Shown here piece by piece: positions 25,356-32,000 of a stretch of DNA of 32,000 bases. The translations under genes were made by a program, and so were the position numbers. Origin of the DNA: Enterococcus phage vipetofem; sequence record MT119361.1. The stretch is one strand, 5' to 3'. Within the stretch, counting starts at the first letter, position 1, and every line of letters begins with the position of its first letter. Under the pieces are notes generated by a model. It had not been told where the DNA came from. It saw only the letters and a list, made by a program, of their open reading frames with translations, and searched no databases.

Positions 25356-26936
25356 CTAAAATACTGGAACATTTTCAATTTCTTCTGGCATTGTATCAAC
25401 ACTTTCAAATTCAATTTCAGTTCCATTTATTTCAATTAAATTAAAATCATAATCAGTTACAAACAATACTTCTTCACGCATTGTTCCTAAATTCATTTTT
25501 GTCCAAATTACAACATGGTCTAAACCAGCACGATTTTTATAAACCCAGTGAGAAAAATCTGGTGTTTTTTGAACATCTCCACCAAAACCTTGCTGTAAAA
25601 TATGTTTTAATCCATCTTTTTCTTTTTGTGAAACTTTAAATGTTAAAACACCATAATCAACCTTATCTGCTGTTGCTAAACCTCCACGTAATGAAGACGC
25701 ATCACGATTTTCAATTTCTTTACTACCTCTATTTAATTGTGTACTACTTTCAAGAAAAATTCCATAACGACCTGCAATTCCTTTTAATGCAGAAGAAAAA
25801 TGAACTAAAATTTGGTCTTCACGTAATGTTGTTCCAAAATTATCATTCATTGTTTTACTTAATTTTGGTGTCATTTGAACATAGTCAAATGCAACATATT
25901 GTACATTTTCTTTGACAATATATTCTTCAATTTTCATTTCAATATCACTAATTGAGAAGTCCTCAATGTAAGTCATGAACAAAGGTGCTTTCTTCAAAAT
26001 CTCAATGGCTTCTTCTAATCTCTTACGAGTTGCTGCGTCATAATTTCCATTTTTAATATCAGAATCTGGAATACCAGTCAAATATGCTAACATAATTGTT
26101 TGTAATTCCTCTTGTTCAATTTCGGTAGATATGAACAACGCGGGAAACGAAGGACCCAAGCTTTTCCAACCTAATCCTGTTACCCAAATTTTTTCACAAG
26201 CAATTGATACCATATCTCTTATAGCTTGACGAGTTTTACCAGTTCCCGTTGCACCCGATCTCAACATAAACTTCTCTTTACGCATTCCACGAAAAAGTGT
26301 ATTATACATTAAATTCTGAAATGGAAAACCTAAATCTGGATTCTCAACTAAACGATCTAAAAGTCCATCTAAATCATCACCAGCTTTAAAGTCTTTAACT
26401 TTTCCATCATCAACATTCCACTCGTTGCGAATTTCAATTGCTTTTTGTGTAAAATGTTCAATAATTTCATTAATACTTGTATTTTCTAATACTTTATTAC
26501 TTTCTGTTAATGCTCCTAAGTCATTGCTATCATATTCATAAATATCTGAAACATCAATACCGTTTTCAACATAATTTCTCAATAAACTAAATTTTTTAAT
26601 TGTTTCATAATCTTTATTTGCAATTTGAGTATTTGAAACTTGTTTTGCATTATTTAAATATTCAACACCATTATTTTCTTCCCAAACTCGATAATAATTT
26701 GGATATTTTGCAAGATAATTATCTACATCAATTGGACTAATATCACTAATATTATCTCTATTACTAAAAATAATGTTATTTAATGCTGCATATACAATTT
26801 TATGAAATGATTGAACAAAATCACGATCACCTAAAATAATTTCAGGTGCTTTCAAAATATCAGGTGATTTCATTACAGAGCCAAAAAAATTGTAAATCGC
26901 TCTTGTCGGATTTAATGTTAACTCCATGGTGCTCAT
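25356..26936 (-). CDS. Replicative DNA helicase, DnaB-like
   Basis: Walker A RSGATGTGKTRQAI, ALFISTEIEQEELQTIMLAYLTG, Walker B-like VQYVAFDYVQMTPK, ESTQLNRG. Confidence 0.85.
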   Translation of the reverse strand: MSTMELTLNPTRAIYNFFGSVMKSPDILKAPEIILGDRDFVQSFHKIVYAALNNIIFSNRDNISDISPIDVDNYLAKYPNYYRVWEENNGVEYLNNAKQVSNTQIANKDYETIKKFSLLRNYVENGIDVSDIYEYDSNDLGALTESNKVLENTSINEIIEHFTQKAIEIRNEWNVDDGKVKDFKAGDDLDGLLDRLVENPDLGFPFQNLMYNTLFRGMRKEKFMLRSGATGTGKTRQAIRDMVSIACEKIWVTGLGWKSLGPSFPALFISTEIEQEELQTIMLAYLTGIPDSDIKNGNYDAATRKRLEEAIEILKKAPLFMTYIEDFSISDIEMKIEEYIVKENVQYVAFDYVQMTPKLSKTMNDNFGTTLREDQILVHFSSALKGIAGRYGIFLESSTQLNRGSKEIENRDASSLRGGLATADKVDYGVLTFKVSQKEKDGLKHILQQGFGGDVQKTPDFSHWVYKNRAGLDHVVIWTKMNLGTMREEVLFVTDYDFNLIEINGTEIEFESVDTMPEEIENVPVF

Positions 26937-27436
26937 AATTTAATATCCTCCAAATCAATCATTTTCTTTTTCATTTTTTCATCTCTATCATAAGAGTTAA
27001 AATTTTTACGAACCGTTGTCTTCGTTGTGACCACTTGTTTACCTTCCATTTCTTTGGCTTTTTTCACTTGGTCATCATGATAACGAATTGCTTCATCAAT
27101 AACATATGGAACTAATCCTAATCCATATTTTGGACTAAATTTTACATGTTGAACATAGTTTGCATATAATAATGCTTTACGAATATTTTCATATGAATAT
27201 TTTCTCTGTTCTTTGAATTGTTTAATTTGACGAAGCATCAAACCATTTGGAAATGGAATTTGATATAATTCAGAAATTAAACTATATAACAATTGACGAT
27301 CGTCATCATTTTTCTTTTCAATTTCTGCACATTGTGGACAATAATTTTTATTTTTATATTTTACTAACATATCTTTTTCCCATTTTTTCCCAATACTCTC
27401 ACATGCTTCACCATAACATTTGACTAATCTTGCCAT
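26933..27436 (-). CDS. Hypothetical protein with N-terminal zinc-ribbon-like Cys pattern; possible helicase loader/replisome organiser
   Basis: KCYGEACESIGKKW...KNKNYCPQCAEI; position immediately upstream of helicase with 4-bp overlap. Confidence 0.5.
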   Translation of the reverse strand: MARLVKCYGEACESIGKKWEKDMLVKYKNKNYCPQCAEIEKKNDDDRQLLYSLISELYQIPFPNGLMLRQIKQFKEQRKYSYENIRKALLYANYVQHVKFSPKYGLGLVPYVIDEAIRYHDDQVKKAKEMEGKQVVTTKTTVRKNFNSYDRDEKMKKKMIDLEDIKL

Positions 27437-27468
27437 TCACTCAACTCCTTATAAAATTTTATAATTAT

Positions 27469-27497
27469 ATTATATCACTATATCGTCTAAATGTAAA
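27469..27497 (-). promoter_or_regulatory. Promoter P18 (inside 3' end of 27470..27844)
   Basis: TTTACATTTAGACGATATAGTGATATAAT. Confidence 0.85.
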
Positions 27498-27844
27498 CTA
27501 ATGTCTAAATCTTTTTTATAAGTGTCTTTAAGCATAGAAGTAACATAAACTAATTTCTTATAAGCAAAAATTTGTTTATTTAACCGTTTGCATTCTTTAA
27601 CACAGTCCATTTTTGAAATTTTATCATTGTTTTCTTGTTCAATTTTTCTTTTTTTCATATCTTCATACTCTTTTGATAAACAACTAATTTGGAATAAATA
27701 ATCTGCAATACGTTCATCAAAATCTTTAATTTGATTTTTTGCATTCCAATAGATAGCTTTGTCTCCAGGTTCTCCAATATTGTGTTTATTGAAAAATGCT
27801 TCTAATTGCTCTTGTGTTACTTCTTTTCCTCCAATATATTCCAT
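27470..27844 (-). CDS. Hypothetical protein
   Basis: ORF track. Confidence 0.65.
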   Translation of the reverse strand: MEYIGGKEVTQEQLEAFFNKHNIGEPGDKAIYWNAKNQIKDFDERIADYLFQISCLSKEYEDMKKRKIEQENNDKISKMDCVKECKRLNKQIFAYKKLVYVTSMLKDTYKKDLDISLHLDDIVI

Positions 27845-27858
27845 TTCAAATTCCTCCT

Positions 27859-28071
27859 TTAAATATATTCATATGATAATTTGTCTAACCATGACATCAT
27901 TTGTTTTTCAACTGTCACATCATTACCAACTTCTTCATTTACTTTAATAATACCTAATACGTGAGAGCAAGCTTCTTCATATGCTGCTTCACATGAAAAT
28001 GGATTTTTAATTGGCTCAATAAAAATTCCATCTTCGATAAAGTTAAATGGATTATCTTCAATTTTTTTCAT
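27859..28071 (-). CDS. Hypothetical protein
   Basis: ORF track; promoter upstream. Confidence 0.65.
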   Translation of the reverse strand: MKKIEDNPFNFIEDGIFIEPIKNPFSCEAAYEEACSHVLGIIKVNEEVGNDVTVEKQMMSWLDKLSYEYI

Positions 28072-28107
28072 TATAATTCCTACTTTCTTTTATTTATTTA
28101 TATATTT

Positions 28108-28160
28108 ATTATATACTAAAAATGGGCATTTGTAAACAGTTTTTTTTTACAAAATGCCCA
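28108..28160 (-). promoter_or_regulatory. Promoter P19 overlapping hairpin
   Basis: AAATGGGCATTTTGTAAAAAAAACTGTTTACAAATGCCCATTTTTAGTATATAAT. Confidence 0.85.
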
Positions 28161-28166
28161 TTTATT

Positions 28167-28394
28167 TTAAACTTCAGATTTTGGAACATTTTCAATATCA
28201 TTCTTCTCATGATTTTTTTCGTTCCAAACTCTTTCTCTCATATCATTATAATTTTTTTGATTATTATATTCGTCTCTATAATACATCATTCTTGAACCAA
28301 AGAAAATATTTGCTCCAAGAAAAATGAAAAGTAGAACAATTAATACAATAAACATATTATTACTATAATATTGTTCTTTTCCATTATACTTCAT
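28167..28394 (-). CDS. Small membrane protein
   Basis: MFIVLIVLLFIFLGANIFFG TM segment. Confidence 0.65.
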   Translation of the reverse strand: MKYNGKEQYYSNNMFIVLIVLLFIFLGANIFFGSRMMYYRDEYNNQKNYNDMRERVWNEKNHEKNDIENVPKSEV

Positions 28395-28406
28395 ATTTAT
28401 TATCTC

Positions 28407-28649
28407 CTATTTTGGTTTAAAGAAGATCTTTCGTTGCTCCATTTTTTGATATTTATCAATATAGATAACCCCATTTGTTCCATCCATTGTAATTTCAAAA
28501 AGCGGTGCTCCTTTTGGTTTTGCTGACATAATAGCTTTACTATTTTTTAGTGTTTTACAAGACCATACGCAAAACACTTCTTCTTTATTACAACTAACCA
28601 TTTCTGCTACTTTTTCAGCAGCTAATTTTAAAAACGCTTCATGTTCCAT
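28407..28649 (-). CDS. DUF6275-like small phage protein
   Basis: EEVFCVWSCKTLKNSKAIMS...YFEIT-like core resembles the DUF6275 pattern VFVVWSCKTLQNxKALxS. Confidence 0.55.
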   Translation of the reverse strand: MEHEAFLKLAAEKVAEMVSCNKEEVFCVWSCKTLKNSKAIMSAKPKGAPLFEITMDGTNGVIYIDKYQKMEQRKIFFKPK

Positions 28650-28660
28650 TTATGTTCCTC

Positions 28661-28888
28661 CTATACTGAATAACTAACTGCAGTTTCTAATTCTAGTTTA
28701 CCATCTTTGCCGATATAAGCTAAAGATATAGTGTAAACTTCACAACCTGGGTTATCATAAGCTAACGACCAGGTAAGCGTAAAAGTTTTCCTCTTATCTT
28801 TATCAGCTAAATCTTTTAGCTCTTCGAAAGCTGGATAATACATATCTCCATTTAATTCATCTAATAATTCTCTTGCTTTTTCTAACAT
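28661..28888 (-). CDS. Hypothetical protein
   Basis: ORF track; RBS AGGAGG. Confidence 0.65.
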   Translation of the reverse strand: MLEKARELLDELNGDMYYPAFEELKDLADKDKRKTFTLTWSLAYDNPGCEVYTISLAYIGKDGKLELETAVSYSV

Positions 28889-28927
28889 AAGGTGTCCTCC
28901 TATTAAATAAAATTCATATTTTAAACA

Positions 28928-29668
28928 TTAAAATAAGCTGTATAAATGTGGTGTTGTGCCGTATGTGTCCTCGTCAATCCTGGTTTTTAATAACCATTTT
29001 TTATACAAAACTTCCATACGGTCTTCAGAGAATTCCTCTGAGGCAAAACCAGAGCCATTTTTTACGAGATTCGCCACGAATTTCTTATATGCATATTGCG
29101 CATTAGGTGCCATTGAGACGTATGCATCATATTTGATAATTAATGAAATAAAGTCATTGTCTACATCTCTAGCTCCTAATCCATTAATGGAACAATAATG
29201 GTGAATTAATTCGTGGCGTAAAATAGCTAAAACTGTCTCCCTTTTTAATTGATAAATTAAGTGGAGTGAGATAACTAAATTTTTATCCTCAGGATAATAA
29301 AGTCCTAAATTTTCATACATGAATTGTTCTGTAATTGTCAACCGAGGCTCTTTCACATTGAGAATTTCTTTGCAAAAATGGGTGACATAGTTTTGTACTT
29401 CTAATGGTGTAATTTCAGACAAATTCCATGTGAATCGAATTTTTATTTGTGTGTTTGTAGTTTCTCTGAATTCCATTACTAAAGAATAACCCTCGATATA
29501 GAAGCTTAAATCTCTGAAAGTTCTTAAACCCTCATTGGAATCGAACTGACACCATTCAATCAATTCTTTCTTAATGGTTTTGAATTTTTCTTGTGGTGTA
29601 GCGTTGGTGCGCTTTTTATTATTAAAATTCTCTTTAAACTTTTTTAAATTATAATCATTAATCAACAT
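28928..29668 (-). CDS. SprT-like zinc metalloprotease
   Basis: VLAILRHELIHHYCSINGLGARDVDNDFISLI: HExxH followed by SprT-like HYxxxxGxGxRxxDxDF pattern. Confidence 0.65.
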   Translation of the reverse strand: MLINDYNLKKFKENFNNKKRTNATPQEKFKTIKKELIEWCQFDSNEGLRTFRDLSFYIEGYSLVMEFRETTNTQIKIRFTWNLSEITPLEVQNYVTHFCKEILNVKEPRLTITEQFMYENLGLYYPEDKNLVISLHLIYQLKRETVLAILRHELIHHYCSINGLGARDVDNDFISLIIKYDAYVSMAPNAQYAYKKFVANLVKNGSGFASEEFSEDRMEVLYKKWLLKTRIDEDTYGTTPHLYSLF

Positions 29669-29867
29669 ACTTTTTTACTTTTCCTAATAAAGTATTTGAC
29701 AGAAAAAATAATGATAAAATGATCAAGAATAGTCCTTGAACATTAAGATAAACCCCAAATACCAATGAGAATCCATAAGCAAAAATCGCAGCAACGATCC
29801 ACATAACAAAAACCTTATATCCTAAAAGTAAAATTACAAAAAACAAACTGATTAAAAAATCTTTCAT
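29658..29867 (-). CDS. Small membrane protein
   Basis: Two strongly hydrophobic segments. Confidence 0.65.
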   Translation of the reverse strand: MKDFLISLFFVILLLGYKVFVMWIVAAIFAYGFSLVFGVYLNVQGLFLIILSLFFLSNTLLGKVKKYVD

Positions 29868-30121
29868 AAATTCTCAACTCCAATATTTCGTAAGTCAATT
29901 AACCAATCGACTCCTCCTAAAACATACGCAATCATTGTTAAACAGATTGCAATTGCAATAAACGATAAGCAAATATATAAATGTATATTTATTTTATAAT
30001 CATATTTAAAAAACATTGAAGCAATCATCGCTGCAAATAAGTATGATACAAAAAAGAAAAATACGATAAAACCTAAATATACACAGATTGTTAAAAACGC
30101 ACCTGCAATAGGTCCTAACAT
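29864..30121 (-). CDS. Small membrane protein
   Basis: Two or more hydrophobic segments; ATGA overlap with neighbour. Confidence 0.65.
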   Translation of the reverse strand: MLGPIAGAFLTICVYLGFIVFFFFVSYLFAAMIASMFFKYDYKINIHLYICLSFIAIAICLTMIAYVLGGVDWLIDLRNIGVENL

Positions 30122-30690
30122 TAGAATTCCACCTTTCTACCATTATTCAATTTATTAATACTTTTCGTAAGTTCATCTTGTTCTTTTGGTGATAAAGTTG
30201 AACCTACATTAATTTTTACATTATTTTTAACTCGTTTTAAAATTTGATCTTTTAAATATAATGCTTGTTGCACTTTATCATCATCAAATTTTGTAAAAGT
30301 ATCATATAAAATAGTCACATCATCTGCTGCTAAACCGTCAAGACAGCTTGAGCTCATTGAAATAAATATTTCTTTCATTGGTCCTTTTGCTTTTGTACTG
30401 TGGAATATACCAAAATTAGTAGGAACGTGTTCAATTACGTTTCCTTTAAATGTAGCATTTGTAATTCTGCGATCACATACACGATTTAATTTTTCAATCG
30501 CTTCTTTCATTTTAATTTCAGCTGCACGTGAAGAACCAACAAAATAAATATGCACACGCGGTTTTAAATCAAGAGCAATTTTTTCAGAAATTGAATCCAA
30601 CAGTTCACGCTGTTCTACTCCATGGAGTTTTTGTTTTAACTCTTTAACAGCAGTTAAAATAGCTTCTTTCTCTTCATTAGTAAAATCCAT
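30121..30690 (-). CDS. Hypothetical protein; likely start MDFTNEEKE (track start 30705)
   Basis: GGGAGAAATTACAATG RBS before the internal Met. Confidence 0.6.
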   Translation of the reverse strand: MDFTNEEKEAILTAVKELKQKLHGVEQRELLDSISEKIALDLKPRVHIYFVGSSRAAEIKMKEAIEKLNRVCDRRITNATFKGNVIEHVPTNFGIFHSTKAKGPMKEIFISMSSSCLDGLAADDVTILYDTFTKFDDDKVQQALYLKDQILKRVKNNVKINVGSTLSPKEQDELTKSINKLNNGRKVEF

Positions 30691-30733
30691 TGTAATTTCT
30701 CCCATTCTTCTTTTTTTTTTATTTCATATTTAT

Positions 30734-30762
30734 ATTATATCAAATTCTTTTTATTTTGTAAA
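30734..30762 (-). promoter_or_regulatory. Promoter P20, directly after a terminator
   Basis: TTTACAAAATAAAAAGAATTTGATATAAT. Confidence 0.85.
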
Positions 30763-30765
30763 CAA

Positions 30766-30790
30766 AAAAGAGAGAAATTAATCTCTCTTT
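30766..30790 (-). terminator. Rho-independent terminator
   Basis: Minus strand AAAGAGAGATTAATTTCTCTCTTTTTT, just after the Sak4-like gene stop. Confidence 0.75.
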
Positions 30791-30795
30791 ATGAA

Positions 30796-31866
30796 TTATT
30801 TAATTGTAATATTTAATTGTTTTGCTTTTTTCTTAATTTCTTCAAGAGCTGCAGCTAATAATTCAACTTGACTTTCATCAGCGTCTGTAATTTTATTTCC
30901 AATACCAAAAATATCAGCACTAATTTTGTTTAAAACATCTAATTTTTTAGCTTCATTAAATGCAGCTCCATATTTCATTACTTCAGCTCGAATTGCGTTA
31001 AAATCTAATTCTTGTTTAACTTTACGTTCTTCAGATTTTTTAGTATCTTTTTTATCTACTGTTCCTAAAGCTGCTTCAACTGCTTTCATATAGCTGTCTG
31101 CGCTTAATTTCACAATTGGTACAATATTTTTAAATGTCGAACCAGCCATCCATTGTAATGTATCACGTAAATAAAGTACGCGTTGTTCTTCACCAGTTGA
31201 AACATCTAATGTTGTATTTGCAAATAAAATATTGTCAACCATTCGGTTAATTGGAGCAAAAACTTTATCTTTTAAATCTGGCATATATTTTTGGAATTCA
31301 TAAACTTCCAAATTAGCGCCGTCTTCACCTTTTACAGTTTTTAGTTCGACTTGAGCACCTTCTAAATCTGATTTTAAAACACCAGACGCTGGAATTTGTA
31401 CCATTTGTTCAGTTGCGTGTGCGATAAAACATGGAACAAAACCTGCTTCACCAATCATATTTAAACCAGATTTCCACATGTTTTTCAAATCTGTCCAGTC
31501 TTTACCCCATAAATCATTTCGTTCTCCAACTGTACTTTCTTTATATTTTGCCGCAACAAATTTTTCTAGCATATTATATAAATTTTCAACAGTGTCAACA
31601 ATAATAACATCATATAATTCTTTCGCTTTTGGTTGTTTTAATTGTCCCATAACTTGTAAATAATCAACCCATGAAGTGATTCGAATTACATTAGCACCAG
31701 CTAAAGTTTTGTGACGATCTTCAGTTGCTAAAAATAAACCACGTTCTTTGTACAAATCATAAGCTAATGTTGTTTTACCAATTTTTGGAACACCATAGAT
31801 AAATGTTGAATAATCCGCTGGGTTAACACTCACTTTTACAGGTTCCACATTAAAAATATCAATCAT
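30796..31866 (-). CDS. Sak4-like RecA-fold ATPase (phage recombination)
   Basis: STFIYGVPKIGKTTLAYDL Walker A, YDVIIVDTVENLYN Walker B, PCFIAHATEQ. Confidence 0.75.
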   Translation of the reverse strand: MIDIFNVEPVKVSVNPADYSTFIYGVPKIGKTTLAYDLYKERGLFLATEDRHKTLAGANVIRITSWVDYLQVMGQLKQPKAKELYDVIIVDTVENLYNMLEKFVAAKYKESTVGERNDLWGKDWTDLKNMWKSGLNMIGEAGFVPCFIAHATEQMVQIPASGVLKSDLEGAQVELKTVKGEDGANLEVYEFQKYMPDLKDKVFAPINRMVDNILFANTTLDVSTGEEQRVLYLRDTLQWMAGSTFKNIVPIVKLSADSYMKAVEAALGTVDKKDTKKSEERKVKQELDFNAIRAEVMKYGAAFNEAKKLDVLNKISADIFGIGNKITDADESQVELLAAALEEIKKKAKQLNITIK

Positions 31867-31905
31867 AATTAAATTCCTACTTTCTTTTTTTCTTTTTACT
31901 TTTAT

Positions 31906-31934
31906 ATTATATCAATTAAAGTACATTTTGTAAA
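31906..31934 (-). promoter_or_regulatory. Promoter P21 upstream of the Sak4-like gene
   Basis: TTTACAAAATGTACTTTAATTGATATAAT. Confidence 0.85.
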
Positions 31935-31937
31935 CTA

Positions 31938-32000
31938 TTATATCAGATTTTTTCGCATTGCTTCTGCGACTAATTCCATAAGACGAGTTTCTGACACGTC
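31938..32000 (-). CDS. C-terminal fragment of a CDS entering from the right edge
   Basis: ...DVSETRLMELVAEAMRKNLI* in minus frame. Confidence 0.55.
   Translation of the reverse strand, partial: DVSETRLMELVAEAMRKNLI

Noticed and set aside
1-32000. CRISPR arrays, rRNA, tRNAs, transposons, inteins
   Set aside because: No regularly spaced direct repeats other than promoter/leader copies, no tRNA cloverleaf noticed, no transposase or intein motifs in the ORFs; a tRNAscan-SE run would be needed to exclude tRNAs formally.

Overview
This 32 kb, AT-rich window looks like a replication and nucleotide-metabolism region of a large lytic phage of a low-GC Gram-positive host. The host is inferred from the lipobox, RBS style and base composition. 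All credible genes are on the minus strand. Recognisable functions are a type II topoisomerase GyrB/gp39-like subunit (partial), a sigma-like factor, a lipoprotein, a RusA-like resolvase, a guanylate kinase-like protein, two dUTPase-fold proteins, a Tad2 (DUF2829)-like anti-Thoeris candidate, DNA polymerase III alpha (DnaE type), thymidine kinase, two glycosyltransferases, RNase HI, a dNMP kinase-like protein, a thymidylate synthase/dCMP-hydroxymethylase family protein, a DHH/RecJ-like protein, a DnaG-like primase, a DnaB-like helicase, a SprT-like metalloprotease and a Sak4-like RecA-fold ATPase. The most notable feature is a promoter-bounded operon at about 17.1-20.0 kb: P-loop dNMP kinase -> dCMP hydroxymethylase-like -> dUTPase/dCTPase-like -> clear homolog of T4 beta-glucosyltransferase. 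This predicts glucosylated 5-hydroxymethylcytosine DNA in a Gram-positive phage. A second Gtf3-like glycosyltransferase lies in the next operon and may extend the modification. Other structure includes about 21 near-identical minus-strand promoters (TTTACA-N17-TATAAT), many with the -35 box inside the hairpin of a rho-independent terminator; two promoter-bounded gaps that may encode small RNAs; and strong over-representation of the palindrome CTCCATGGAG/CCATGG, clustered at 15-27 kb.
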